Of a DNA stretch of 54,294 nucleotides, positions 10,177-20,537 are shown piece by piece. Under the pieces are notes generated by a model. That model was not told the origin of the DNA, did no database searches, and was given only the letters and a program-made list of their open reading frames with translations. The translations under genes and the position numbers were made by a program. Every line of letters starts with the position of its first letter. Position 1 is the stretch's first letter. The DNA is from a virus. Taxonomy: Duplodnaviria > Caudoviricetes. The stretch spans positions 1-54,294 of IMG/VR virus record IMGVR_UViG_3300020438_000053, one strand, 5' to 3'.

Positions 10177-10199
10177 ACAGCCAGAAGAGCTGAATACAT

Positions 10200-12398
10200 A
10201 TGTCCGCTCCGGTTGGATGTGAAATCGTAACCGTTGCGGGACTCACCGGCGATGCGGTCGGCCTAAATGGCGAATACCAGTTTGATGACCGCACCCAAGC
10301 GTGGATTAATGCCAACAATGTAGATTATTCAATCGTCAAACAATGGTGGGACGCTAACACTATTGGGCCTGGCAATCCTCAAACGTCAGGGTACCGCTGG
10401 ACAATAGTTTTTGATCCCAAAGGCAGTGACCCCCCTGAATGGGCCACTAAAATATCACTGTTTACCCACCCTACTTTGGTGGGTTCTTACGATCTCTTCG
10501 CCACTGACGGTTGGGCTATAGGGTCAACTGCCGAGGCTTTCGACTCTATGCCTAGCTGGATGAACCCGATTGGCGGGAATATCTGGCCGTATCGACCCTC
10601 GATTAATGTTAACATAACTAGGCACAGCGGATCGAACACCGGCCCCATGGTGGACAGCGGTCATCTCTATGTTGACTTTACCGGAGTCGAGGGGTATGCG
10701 GGAGAGAATGGAGCGGCAGACGGCGTGCTGGGAGCTTTCTTCGGTAATCCTACGGAGCTTCAATGGGCGAACTATATGATTGGTCGTACGCATTTCGACC
10801 TTCAGTACAGCTCGTACCAGAATCTAGCAGACGTAGCACCCCCCAAAATCCGATTTAAAATATTAGACGACCTGCCCACTGTTGCATACAACCCGAGATG
10901 GCAAGAATACAGTTACGCTAATGGATGGGTAGACATCCCGAACGCGAACGGTTACTACGGTACGTTTTTTACCCAAGCCTCAAGGTGGGATATAAACAGA
11001 GGCAATTTTACGGATTACTGGACAGTCTCAGCAGGTGCCCCAGCGAATAGTTACGATAATCGCGAGTTCAATCACATAGCCTATCCCTACGGCCCTGCTG
11101 GCAGATATAATTTTACATATGATGATATCTCGAATGCACCTCTAAATCTTACTACCCTCCCGGAAGCGGATCAGAATGACATAGACAATAACAACGAAGA
11201 TGCGTTAGCAGGAACATGGGAAGAGGGAGGGGCGACAACGCTCCAAGATATATGCATGGGGGTGTCGTATGCGTTAGACTTAGGTTTTGCCGACGCAGGG
11301 TTAGAAGAGTGCCCAGCGGATGCCGATTGGACAGGCACGGGCATAACTATGACGAAGTCGTCTGGGACGGTAACCCCAGGTATCCTTCCGGGAACCCCCT
11401 CGACTTTTACAGCCGTGTTCGACCTCGGCTCAATTGTGCCGTCGACCCCCAGCGCTTTTGAAGCAATCGAAGAAACTGAAAACTTACTCCCAGCAGCGCC
11501 TATCTTGACCTCTATTCTGGTCGACAGCGACGCCGACGGGCCTGTCGACGAATATGACGATTTGCCACTCGACCCCACCGAGCAGGTGGACACCGACGAA
11601 GACGGCGTGGGCGACAACACGGATGAATTCCCAGCCGATTTTACTGAAACTACGGACACGGATGGTGACGGCGTAGGGGACAACGCGAGCAATATTGAAA
11701 TAGTCGGTGAAAGCATGTCCAGCTGGACGGGGTGGACAAAGCCGTCTAGGTTCAATGGCTGGGCTGTAGACAAACTATCTAACGCATTAACCGGGCCTTT
11801 TAGTTGTGAGGATGTTACCGCGCTGACATCAGTTAAAAACACGTCCGACATGGTGTGCGTGACGTCCGATCTAAAGGTAAAAAGCACTGATTTGACAGAC
11901 CTTCGCGAAGGAGGTTTTAAAGAAGTTGATATATTTGGAGGGCTTTGGAACGACCTGACCCAACCCGTCGGGAATGATTTTATCGTAGGCAATCACGACG
12001 GAGCGTTTAGCTACCGAGGACGATACCTGACCACCCCGTTCGCTAAAACTAAAGTGGGGTCGTCTACAATAACAAAACCTCTGTTTTTCTCCAACGCATA
12101 TCTGTCAATCGCCGAAACAGCGTGGATGCATTTAGGGAATGAACACGACGAAAAACAGGTACATCGAATCGACTTCGCTTTCCGAAAAAACTCCGCAGGG
12201 CACCTGTGGGCTTACGTCGAAAGCGATGAGGGGAAAGTCAGCGGTCAATACAAAGGCGAGCTGAAAGAGCACATAAAAGTGTTCACGAACGTTCGCGGTA
12301 GACGGTTTAGAATCCGTATGTTCATCGCCACTCATTCCAAATACCCATGGAATCTTAGAGAGATGGCTGTCGGCTATTTAGTAGGCAAATCATTCTAA
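10200..12398 (+). CDS. tail protein with thrombospondin-type-3-like Ca-binding repeats and a nozzle-like C-terminus
   Basis: DSDADG/DTDEDGVGDN/DTDGDGVGDN repeats near 11520-11690; C-terminal RGRRFRIR...W.L pattern. Confidence 0.6.
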   Translation: MSAPVGCEIVTVAGLTGDAVGLNGEYQFDDRTQAWINANNVDYSIVKQWWDANTIGPGNPQTSGYRWTIVFDPKGSDPPEWATKISLFTHPTLVGSYDLFATDGWAIGSTAEAFDSMPSWMNPIGGNIWPYRPSINVNITRHSGSNTGPMVDSGHLYVDFTGVEGYAGENGAADGVLGAFFGNPTELQWANYMIGRTHFDLQYSSYQNLADVAPPKIRFKILDDLPTVAYNPRWQEYSYANGWVDIPNANGYYGTFFTQASRWDINRGNFTDYWTVSAGAPANSYDNREFNHIAYPYGPAGRYNFTYDDISNAPLNLTTLPEADQNDIDNNNEDALAGTWEEGGATTLQDICMGVSYALDLGFADAGLEECPADADWTGTGITMTKSSGTVTPGILPGTPSTFTAVFDLGSIVPSTPSAFEAIEETENLLPAAPILTSILVDSDADGPVDEYDDLPLDPTEQVDTDEDGVGDNTDEFPADFTETTDTDGDGVGDNASNIEIVGESMSSWTGWTKPSRFNGWAVDKLSNALTGPFSCEDVTALTSVKNTSDMVCVTSDLKVKSTDLTDLREGGFKEVDIFGGLWNDLTQPVGNDFIVGNHDGAFSYRGRYLTTPFAKTKVGSSTITKPLFFSNAYLSIAETAWMHLGNEHDEKQVHRIDFAFRKNSAGHLWAYVESDEGKVSGQYKGELKEHIKVFTNVRGRRFRIRMFIATHSKYPWNLREMAVGYLVGKSF

Positions 12399-12533
12399 AC
12401 CATTCTCTGAATCGACAATTGTCGGTGTAAGACTTGTGGCTTAACAGCTTGAATTTTGTGAAGCTATGTTATATTTTGTTACAAAAGAGTCAATGCACTG
12501 ACTCTGCACTGACTCAATTAAAAAAAGGCGGTT

Positions 12534-12782
12534 ATGAAAGATTGGTTAGATCGGCAAGCGAAAATAGAAAAAGATGTGCTGGATGTAGTAAGCGCTCAAG
12601 TGCGCGGTGTAGTGGATGATCTGCTCCCGCAAATCCGCTTAGCAGCATTAGAAAACCACATGCAGTCTAACATGTCAGTTGATGTTAATTTCGATTTCGA
12701 AAACGACAAAACTGAGATTTCCTGCACAGGATTTGTTCAATTTCCCCCCAAGCATTCGGCGAGTGCTACCGTAACGATGTGA
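12534..12782 (+). CDS. hypothetical protein
   Basis: 82 aa; AAGGCGG upstream; coupled to the next ORF. Confidence 0.6.
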   Translation: MKDWLDRQAKIEKDVLDVVSAQVRGVVDDLLPQIRLAALENHMQSNMSVDVNFDFENDKTEISCTGFVQFPPKHSASATVTM

Positions 12783-13063
12783 CCGACCCCACGCTCGCTA
12801 AACTCGGTCTTACCGCCGAGCAAGTTCGCAAAGCTTTCGGCACACCGGGACCTCCCCCATTCACCAACCGAGACCTTTCAAACAAAAACTACTTAAACGG
12901 AACCGATCAAAAACGTATCCAACGTAGACTGAAAATATATGAGTCGTTTATCTCAGTACGTTTTGTTGAAGGCTACCACCCCGGAACTATCGGTAGAATA
13001 CTAGCGTGTTCCGAAGAATCGGTTCGAGTGCGTCTCCGGAAAGCTGGGTTTTTCAGTTCTTAA
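12779..13063 (+). CDS. hypothetical protein with C-terminal helix-turn-helix
   Basis: TIGRILACSEESVRVRLRKAG HTH-like segment. Confidence 0.5.
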   Translation: MTDPTLAKLGLTAEQVRKAFGTPGPPPFTNRDLSNKNYLNGTDQKRIQRRLKIYESFISVRFVEGYHPGTIGRILACSEESVRVRLRKAGFFSS

Positions 13064-13472
13064 ACAAGTCCCAGCGCTCACGGTATTTTTCGAATTTTGC
13101 TTTTGAATTTGGGTTGTGGGTGTAGAACCATAAACTTTTTACGTTCTCGATCTCGAGGCATGGGATTATGTAAAAAGCATCTTCAGGCTCGATGTAGGCA
13201 ACTAAAAGGTCTACTTTGGTACAATCGATAGGCGTCTTTTTTACGTTCCCGCAAACGGGCTGGATTTTAAAACGTTTAGCGCCGTGGTGTACAATTGTGG
13301 TGTGAGTTCCTTTGACCTGCACCTTGTACATTTTCCCGGCCTGATTCATAACAACGCTGTCCTGTGGTTGCCGTGGCTGCATGGGTAGAAAAGGCATAAG
13401 CCCTCGTTTCATCGCCTCTACAAAAAAAATGTGCTCGAACAAAGCACCCGGATCTACACAGGCACTATTCAC
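13053..13472 (-). CDS. PD-(D/E)XK endonuclease (PDDEXK_5, group I intron-like family)
   Basis: G..FE...D.V...YKVQVK...D....Y......YIIP pattern. Confidence 0.75.
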   Translation of the reverse strand: MNSACVDPGALFEHIFFVEAMKRGLMPFLPMQPRQPQDSVVMNQAGKMYKVQVKGTHTTIVHHGAKRFKIQPVCGNVKKTPIDCTKVDLLVAYIEPEDAFYIIPCLEIENVKSLWFYTHNPNSKAKFEKYRERWDLFKN

Positions 13473-15555
13473 AACCCGCTATTCGCCAAACCCTGTGCCG
13501 AGGTTTGGTCAACCACTCGTTGCCTTTAGAGAATATGTGATTGAGACCCCAACCCAATTTCCTTGGGTTCATGTCCTTCAGTAAAATTCGGTTGTTCTCG
13601 TTGGCTCCGAGTACCACCAGCAATTCGGAAGTCGTACCCTCCCAAGCATCGTCGTGGAGCGTCCGTCGAAACATCCCCAACAGCTCGGAGATGTGACTGT
13701 ATCGGCTGTCGGCTACCGCCATCATTTCGAGTGCCGGGTTTATGTACGCCTTGACGCCAAACCGAATTTCTTGAAGCTCGGTCGGAATATCGTAGTCCAA
13801 CAGCCAACGGCCAAAGGCCGGCAGTTCTTTCTCGACATTGGCTTTGGTGTCGATAGCAAATTCATATGCGTCCGAACATTTAAAAACCATAAGCTTGTCC
13901 TTGATTGACATGTCGAGGTCGGGAAGAAGCCGCATGGAAATCGGATCGTCGTTAAGAGTAATCGAAATCCGCCCGCGCCAGAAAGCCCTGCCTGATTTTT
14001 TAAACTTGCCGGTCACTAAAAAAGTATCGTTGGCCACATGCTCTTTTAGCTTCGCGGTAAACGCCGTATGCATAGCAGCTGACTCCGACGGAGCCTCATC
14101 GTCCACAAGCCACATGCCGTATTCAAACAAGTAATCCGTCCAATCGTTTTTACCGCAAAGATACTCACTAGCCTTGATTCCACCACCGAACAACCCGCCC
14201 AATACGCATTTGTTGTATAGTGTTTTGCCGCTGTTTGGTGGCCCCACTAAAAAATGAGCGTGCCCGCGCTGAGGTTTGCCGAAGTAGGCGTTCTTATAAG
14301 CGTAGGCCAGCCATGCTAATTCATGCTTGAGTTGATCCTCGCCAAGCATAGCAGTCATCCATTCAGATATGATCGGAAACCCTTCAGCCCACTTAACGGG
14401 GGTATCTAATGGGGTTAGTGGTTTTACGCGCGCTGTATTAAAATACCGCTGACCTTCGTGGACAACGATCTTGGATTTAGTGAACGCAAAAGGTATGCCG
14501 GCCTCGACTCTTTTCGAGGTGTTGATCATATGCATAGCTCGCCTAGACTCGCTAACATTTTCGTGTCTCCCGGGGCGTGCGGACAAATCATGACGGCACT
14601 GCAAATCTAACAGCACGTCTTCTTTGCTGTCGTTAAAAAACCCACCAACGCCGTCCTCAATAAAATAGTTTTTGCCGTCAAACCAGTAGCCCTCAATAGC
14701 ATCCCCAATTCTGCCCACCTCGTACTGTTGCACAAACGCCGGCGACAGCACCTCAGCCCAAGTGTAGAAACCCTTCGCCATGTTGAACACCTGCATACCG
14801 GTGTCGCGGATAATCGCGGAGTTAACCGTCTTATGTTGACCGCCCGGGTCAAAAAACGTCGGGCCTCGGTTGCCTTCCTTAAAATCGCCGGGCCACTCGT
14901 GGTCAGGCCACACCTTCTTTACTTCCTCAAACACAGCATCCAGCGGTATCGCGGGGCCTAACCCATTGAAATCACTGGATTTGGAAGTCTCGTACTGCCA
15001 GTAGTGCAGTTCAGCACTGGGGATCCGGGCCTCGGGCTTGACGGGACGCCAATCTTTTCCGTGTAATAAGTAAAACTGTTTACCAAATATTCCAGAGTCA
15101 AAGCCACGAGCAATAGCGTCCCTGCCGTCAAGCTTCAGCTCTTTCGACAACCTCTTAAGAAATCGAGCGGTGCTCTGAGGCCCGTGGCAAAACAAAGGCT
15201 CCTCGAAAAAGAACACGGCGTGTATGCCGTTGTTGTAGCTACGCGATATGTAATTTACAGGGTACTCAAGATCAAGCATTCGACGGACGATCTCTTCAAA
15301 CTCCTCGTCGTTGAAGCTCGCGTCCCAGTCGACGCAGGCGCCATGCAAAAATCGTATAGGGTTCTCGGAAGATATTCTACGTGTTGGATCCGCCCCCTCA
15401 GCAGCAGTGTATGCCAAGTACTTGGTCGTTGGTCGAGCAGCCCAATGCTTGTACTCATTGCCATTTCGAAATTCCGGTAAGTCGAATTCGCACTCCCAAG
15501 GTTTACGTTTACTGACTAGCGACGCCGACAGATTCGGCAATGTGAAAAGTTCCAT
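13465..15555 (-). CDS. primase-helicase (PrimPol N-terminus + SF3/DUF5906-like ATPase)
   Basis: DWD and S....H primase motifs; Walker A GPPNSGKT; Walker B LVDDE. Confidence 0.8.
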   Translation of the reverse strand: MELFTLPNLSASLVSKRKPWECEFDLPEFRNGNEYKHWAARPTTKYLAYTAAEGADPTRRISSENPIRFLHGACVDWDASFNDEEFEEIVRRMLDLEYPVNYISRSYNNGIHAVFFFEEPLFCHGPQSTARFLKRLSKELKLDGRDAIARGFDSGIFGKQFYLLHGKDWRPVKPEARIPSAELHYWQYETSKSSDFNGLGPAIPLDAVFEEVKKVWPDHEWPGDFKEGNRGPTFFDPGGQHKTVNSAIIRDTGMQVFNMAKGFYTWAEVLSPAFVQQYEVGRIGDAIEGYWFDGKNYFIEDGVGGFFNDSKEDVLLDLQCRHDLSARPGRHENVSESRRAMHMINTSKRVEAGIPFAFTKSKIVVHEGQRYFNTARVKPLTPLDTPVKWAEGFPIISEWMTAMLGEDQLKHELAWLAYAYKNAYFGKPQRGHAHFLVGPPNSGKTLYNKCVLGGLFGGGIKASEYLCGKNDWTDYLFEYGMWLVDDEAPSESAAMHTAFTAKLKEHVANDTFLVTGKFKKSGRAFWRGRISITLNDDPISMRLLPDLDMSIKDKLMVFKCSDAYEFAIDTKANVEKELPAFGRWLLDYDIPTELQEIRFGVKAYINPALEMMAVADSRYSHISELLGMFRRTLHDDAWEGTTSELLVVLGANENNRILLKDMNPRKLGWGLNHIFSKGNEWLTKPRHRVWRIAGCE

Positions 15556-16084
15556 TGTATTTTATCTCCATGAATTCGGTTACGGCTAACTCCAGATCCG
15601 TCGAATACGGAGAAATATTTTGGAGGGTTTGATCTACGTGTGAACTGTCTAACTGCAGCTCGGATGGGTGGGTGTCTTGGTCTTTGGTGTGTGGTCTTTC
15701 AATGCGAAGTATCATCCCACCATAAGCATGGATCATGCGCGCCTCGTTGGCAAATCGAACGTCGTCAATTACAACATCTCCGTCCAAACAATCCAATTTA
15801 TTTTTCAATGCTCGGATCCATACGTCCGGATGGATAAGGTGGCGCCCAAACTCTGTGCCCAATGCCTGCATCATATACCTTGCGGATTTACCAAACCCCG
15901 GCACTGGTTTTTCTTTGTCTGCGGCATCGTATATATAGTTCTTGGGTATGCCCATAGCTACTAACATTTCCTTGATGGGCGAAGCAAAACTTCGCACTTG
16001 GAAATCGTAGTTGTGTGCCAAAATGGCACCCACAGAACTTTTGCCGCATCCCTTGCGGCCAGTAAGTCCAATTACTCGGTTCAT
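15509..16084 (-). CDS. deoxynucleoside monophosphate kinase
   Basis: IGLTGRKGCGKS, FASPIK, R..MQ.LGTE.GR, IDDVRF.NE, H.SE. Confidence 0.92.
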   Translation of the reverse strand: MNRVIGLTGRKGCGKSSVGAILAHNYDFQVRSFASPIKEMLVAMGIPKNYIYDAADKEKPVPGFGKSARYMMQALGTEFGRHLIHPDVWIRALKNKLDCLDGDVVIDDVRFANEARMIHAYGGMILRIERPHTKDQDTHPSELQLDSSHVDQTLQNISPYSTDLELAVTEFMEIKYNGTFHIAESVGVASQ

Positions 16085-17988
16085 TTCGTGTACTCCTTGG
16101 TTATTATGCCTTCGGCGGAAAGAGGTACCTCTTTCGCCCACTCCGGCGACGTTGACATTATTTCTATTACTTCCTTTAAACCTTCTTTCGCACGAGCCGT
16201 CTCGATCTCAATCACAACTTCATCATGAACGTGCATGACGATATTGTAGCCAGCTTCGTCCAACTTCACCAACATGTGCGCAAAGATATCGCGAGCAGTA
16301 GCCTGAATCTTGTTTTGAAACAGATTGGCTCCGTAGGTGTATGTCCGACGAACAGACCCCTCTTGGGTGGCTACCGTTATGCCGTCGGTCTCGATGCGGC
16401 ATCGGGTGTAGCGCAACTCCCGACCGCTCGGTATCTCGAACGAGTAATCGTCGCCTGTCTTGGCGGCATCCTTCAGGGCCCAATCGTGTGCCTTCCATGC
16501 CGCTGTGATCCCCGGGTTTTTTGATCGGAAATCGGACACCTGTATGTAGGCGTTTACCCATTGCCGACGGTCGAAGGTCGACAGGGTAGGGTAAGCGGTG
16601 GCCTTGCCCGGCTGGTATGCCGCTGCAAAATCCTTGAAGCGAATCTCGTCGGATTTAGTAAAAGGTAAGTCAAGCAAGTCTTGTTGCCCGTAACTCTTAA
16701 CCGTCTCCGCAAACTTGAACCACCCACTACCGTAGCCTAACTGCAACACACGAACCTTAGCCAGCATATACAGTCCGGGGTCCTCGTCCTTGAGTTTACC
16801 GCCAGTCCATCCCATAGTGATTCTGGCGTGAGCCTCGTACGGAGACATGCCGCCACCCAGCTGTTCTAAGAATTCGTAATCCTCAGCCAACCAAGCAGTA
16901 AGCCGAGCCTCGATTTGAGCAAGGTCTACTATCAGAAGCTTTTTCCCTTTGCCTGCACAGATGCATGACCTTATGTCTACGCCGTACTGAGGTGCTCGTG
17001 GCAAATTCTGAATGTTGAACCCGCCGTCACCTGACCATCGTCCGGTAGCATCGGCGCCAAAATATTTTAAGTTGTAGCTAATGCGATCCATGGCATTCAA
17101 CCTTTCCTCCATCGCTCGCAAACCCTTTAGGTGCTTGTTAATTCTTTGTACCGCCTGCATATCTGCCGCGAATGTTATCTGCTTGCCGTATTCTGCATTC
17201 CATTGCAGAAAGTCCTCGCTGTTTTTGTCGAGAGATTTAGGTGGGGGTATGCCCAACTTCTTGCACTCGATGGCTAACGCTTTTTTAGAATAAACGGCAA
17301 AGGTTTTGCGAGTGTCGGGATCGATCTCGTCGTACCATGGAAGGCGTTGCTTAGCGTCGAACAACTGGCGCTCCAAATGATTTATGCCGTCGCGAATGGT
17401 CTTAATCGCGGGGGGTAAACCATCCCAAGCCATCGCGCGGGTCATCATGGAAAGCCTACGCTCGTACGCAGGCCAACCGCCCTCTAACTTTTCCCAAATT
17501 TCGTAGCAGTACCGAGCGTCATCCAGTGCGTACTCGAGGGTCTCTTTGGCCTTGTCTTCGGCCACCAAGTCGTCCCAAGTCTTGCCCTTCATGTTGTCAC
17601 GCACCTCTTTGGACATGTCCACACCGAGAATCGCCTTGGCGGCTCCCTTGAGGTTGCGTTGATACTGGTAGTACACGCACATGTCGGCGGTACATTCCCA
17701 CTCTACTTTTATGTCGGATGGAATAATCCCAAGTTCTTGGAGACGCTCGAACACACGTTGGTCAAAGCTAGCATTGTGTGCTACCAACGTGTAACCATCC
17801 AAGCGTCTCCAATCAAAGTTTTCCGGGTTGCCTACGAACTCTAGTTCGGACGAGTAGATCGCCACTAAGTAGGCTAAGAATTCCGGGTGATTTACGTACT
17901 GCCATGTCGACATTCTGGCGATGGAGACCAAGGTAGAATAGAAGGTCTCGAAGTCGATCGCCGCAACTTTTCTTTTATTTTTTTTCAT
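16081..17988 (-). CDS. polA: family A DNA polymerase with 3'-5' exonuclease
   Basis: IDFET and HNASFD (exonuclease); TGRWS; motif A DLAQIEAR; motif B AKVRVLQLGYG; motif C HVHDE. Confidence 0.93.
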   Translation of the reverse strand: MKKNKRKVAAIDFETFYSTLVSIARMSTWQYVNHPEFLAYLVAIYSSELEFVGNPENFDWRRLDGYTLVAHNASFDQRVFERLQELGIIPSDIKVEWECTADMCVYYQYQRNLKGAAKAILGVDMSKEVRDNMKGKTWDDLVAEDKAKETLEYALDDARYCYEIWEKLEGGWPAYERRLSMMTRAMAWDGLPPAIKTIRDGINHLERQLFDAKQRLPWYDEIDPDTRKTFAVYSKKALAIECKKLGIPPPKSLDKNSEDFLQWNAEYGKQITFAADMQAVQRINKHLKGLRAMEERLNAMDRISYNLKYFGADATGRWSGDGGFNIQNLPRAPQYGVDIRSCICAGKGKKLLIVDLAQIEARLTAWLAEDYEFLEQLGGGMSPYEAHARITMGWTGGKLKDEDPGLYMLAKVRVLQLGYGSGWFKFAETVKSYGQQDLLDLPFTKSDEIRFKDFAAAYQPGKATAYPTLSTFDRRQWVNAYIQVSDFRSKNPGITAAWKAHDWALKDAAKTGDDYSFEIPSGRELRYTRCRIETDGITVATQEGSVRRTYTYGANLFQNKIQATARDIFAHMLVKLDEAGYNIVMHVHDEVVIEIETARAKEGLKEVIEIMSTSPEWAKEVPLSAEGIITKEYTK

Positions 17989-18000
17989 AGGACAATAGGA

Positions 18001-18033
18001 AAGAGTGGGCGACCGGGAATTTCCCGGCCACCC
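18001..18033 (-). terminator. hairpin between SSB and polymerase genes (possible partial terminator)
   Basis: CCGGGA/TCCCGG core stem extended by GGGTGG/CGCCC, then CTCTTT on the minus strand. Confidence 0.4.
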
Positions 18034-18080
18034 ATGAACACACACCACTGAGTATTCAGATTACTAAACCAAGTAATGGA

Positions 18081-18791
18081 TTAGCTAAAATCAGCGAGCC
18101 ACTCACGAAATTCGGGAGTGTTCTTGTGCCCTCTTCGAAGATCCGGTACAACCACGGTGTTGTTGCCGAACACATCGGTACCCGTGTCGAGAGTGAACGT
18201 GCCGGCGGTAAAGCCTTCACGGTAGTACATGCGGAATGCAGTGAACATTTTTACTGCAGCACGCTTGTACGCCACTCCCTTGATACGCCACATCGCGAAA
18301 GCGTAGTTCTCCTTGCCGTAATCAAACGGGTAGATCTCAGGATCATCGCCCTTAATTGCGATCAAAGCATCCGCTATAGGCATCCAATCAGGCTTCTGCC
18401 CGTTGGAACCCCACTCGAATGATCCACCCGCCTCGTGAGCTTCTTTCTTGGTGAGAATTCGAGGAATCTCGCCGCCATCCCAATCCACGTTTTCTTCATA
18501 CATCTTGCCAATGCGAATAACCGTGAGTTCTATAGGAGCTTTTAGCACGAACTCGTTGTCTAAAACGATGTCACCCGCGTTATACTCCTTCTCTTGGGCC
18601 TTCTTACTGACCGCCTGTAATATAGAAAGCCTCGGGAACGCTATGTCGCTAGCATCTAGATCGTCGACTAACCCCCCTACGGTCAACCCCGCTGTAGCTG
18701 AGCCCTCCGTATAGGTTACCTCGCCGGACGCTTCCGCCAGTACTGTCGTTTCCGTTTCTTCTACTTCTTCACTTAGTGCTTTTTTTGCCAT
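18081..18791 (-). CDS. putative single-stranded DNA-binding/annealing protein
   Basis: DIAFPRLSILQAVS pattern; acidic N-terminus; lies between nuclease and polymerase. Confidence 0.55.
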   Translation of the reverse strand: MAKKALSEEVEETETTVLAEASGEVTYTEGSATAGLTVGGLVDDLDASDIAFPRLSILQAVSKKAQEKEYNAGDIVLDNEFVLKAPIELTVIRIGKMYEENVDWDGGEIPRILTKKEAHEAGGSFEWGSNGQKPDWMPIADALIAIKGDDPEIYPFDYGKENYAFAMWRIKGVAYKRAAVKMFTAFRMYYREGFTAGTFTLDTGTDVFGNNTVVVPDLRRGHKNTPEFREWLADFS

Positions 18792-18853
18792 CTTCTTGTT
18801 TTGTTTTTTGTGTTTCTGTTTTGTTGTCCATAACGCAAGCGCCATGGGTAAAT

Positions 18854-19963
18854 TTAAAGTTTTTTTGCTTTCTTTAGGTAAGGAGTGCGATCTCGGTCTT
18901 CCTCGGCGGCTAGCATCCCCGCCTCTTCCAAGGCTATCTCAATGGTGCCGCGAGCGTTTTTCTTCTCCCCTCGGGGAAGCTTCTTGCCCAATGCCTTAGA
19001 CAACTGGGCCAACGTTACGTTGCTCGCTTCCATGAATTCTTCGGGAGTCAGTAGGTGTGCTAGGGTGTCGTAAGCCTCTTGGGCATTCTCAATCTTAGTC
19101 GATGGAGTGCGCCAACGCAAATCGTAACCCGGTATCTCACGACCCTCTTCCTCCGCTAATTTTAACGCCTGCTTCTTGGCAGCACCCGCCCAACGATCCA
19201 AAACCGACGCCACATTGAGCATCTTTCCAATTACGTCAGGGTCTTCGACCTGAGCAGGGTCGTAGTTGTGCCACAGCACTGTCTGAAAATCATCTACGGA
19301 CTTCTCGTACTTCTTGGCGATGGGCAACAGCTTGTCGCTCAAAGCCTGACACGTCAGCCGATGCTTGCAGAAACGACAGCCCTCGGTGTTTGGTCGAAGG
19401 TCGGGGGTCTCTTCCTCGGCTTTAGTGATTATCAAATCTAAACGCATACCGACATCCTCCATGTCTTCCCGAGTATACTCGGCTTCGAGAAGCTCGTCAC
19501 GGCGAGGTATCAACAGCACCGTCGTGGCTGTTTTCAGGTCGGAAAACTTATCAAATATTCCTTTGGCGTAGGCTTGGATCTGTATGTTTATGTCGGCGTC
19601 GTCAACCTCGCCGTAGCCAAACTTGTAATCAATTATGAAGGCGTGAGTACCCACAATTATAACCAAATCGACGGTTCCAAATATGGAACTACCGTCTTCT
19701 CGATATACGACCTTTACCCGCATCTCTTTGTGAATCTCATCGGCGTCGGTGCTAATCTTTTTTACATAATCCAATACGGTGCGGACACACCGTACTTGTT
19801 CGTCATTTAACCCGTCTAGCTTTCCCGTCTCGGCGGCTGAGTGCAGCATGGTGCCCTCTTCAGCAAACTTATTTGTTTCGTTGCTTGATCGGTACCCCGG
19901 GCAAATCTCTACGTATTTGAGGGTGCTCGGGCCGAGCTCGTGATGTTCTTCGGGTGATGACAT
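18854..19963 (-). CDS. Cas4-like/DUF2800 PD-(D/E)XK exonuclease
   Basis: H..LGPS...CP, GT.LH, FGTVD...IIDYKFG, Q..AY, C.FC.....C. Confidence 0.85.
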   Translation of the reverse strand: MSSPEEHHELGPSTLKYVEICPGYRSSNETNKFAEEGTMLHSAAETGKLDGLNDEQVRCVRTVLDYVKKISTDADEIHKEMRVKVVYREDGSSIFGTVDLVIIVGTHAFIIDYKFGYGEVDDADINIQIQAYAKGIFDKFSDLKTATTVLLIPRRDELLEAEYTREDMEDVGMRLDLIITKAEEETPDLRPNTEGCRFCKHRLTCQALSDKLLPIAKKYEKSVDDFQTVLWHNYDPAQVEDPDVIGKMLNVASVLDRWAGAAKKQALKLAEEEGREIPGYDLRWRTPSTKIENAQEAYDTLAHLLTPEEFMEASNVTLAQLSKALGKKLPRGEKKNARGTIEIALEEAGMLAAEEDRDRTPYLKKAKKL

Positions 19964-19965
19964 AA

Positions 19966-20277
19966 TTACTTATCCTGTTTTTTATCCACTTCGATGGCTA
20001 CGGCTTCGAGAGCTTGGTATAGAACTTTTACTTCCTCTTGTAAAGAAGCAATTTGAACACTCTGAAAAGCCACGTAACTCATAACACTTTCAGCTTCGGT
20101 ACAACCTCTGTCTTGCTGAGCTTTTTTAGCAATTCCATCAGCATGGGCAAGCATCTCTGCATGCATTGTCTTGTACTCTTCCGGCAAGTCTTCAAGACCG
20201 CCTATGCTGTGAAACTTAGAGCGTATGGGGTCGGGGTCGTTGCCCTGAGAAAACCTCACTCGATAGCCCCCGAACAA
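19966..20277 (-). CDS. hypothetical protein
   Basis: ORF in the operon; C-terminal coiled coil. Confidence 0.55.
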   Translation of the reverse strand: MFGGYRVRFSQGNDPDPIRSKFHSIGGLEDLPEEYKTMHAEMLAHADGIAKKAQQDRGCTEAESVMSYVAFQSVQIASLQEEVKVLYQALEAVAIEVDKKQDK

Positions 20278-20507
20278 TGGGTGTTGAGGAAGTTTACAAA
20301 CCCCGCCTTAGTCGTTTCACACACAACCATGGAAGGCTCTAACGCCTCAGCGCCGTCTTCGTTAAAATAATCCGGGTGTCGATTGGAATTAACCCTCCGG
20401 AATTGTTTGGTAGCTTCCGTGACGCCAGTGAACCACAGGTCGTGGTGGCCCCCTAAGCTGCTGTCTACGTTAACCACACGTACTTGGTGTATTATTGTTT
20501 GTGCCAT
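20256..20507 (-). CDS. hypothetical protein
   Basis: 83 aa; ATG preceded by an A-rich leader. Confidence 0.6.
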   Translation of the reverse strand: MAQTIIHQVRVVNVDSSLGGHHDLWFTGVTEATKQFRRVNSNRHPDYFNEDGAEALEPSMVVCETTKAGFVNFLNTHCSGAIE

Positions 20508-20537
20508 GTATCTTGTTTTTTATTGTTTTTTGTGAAG

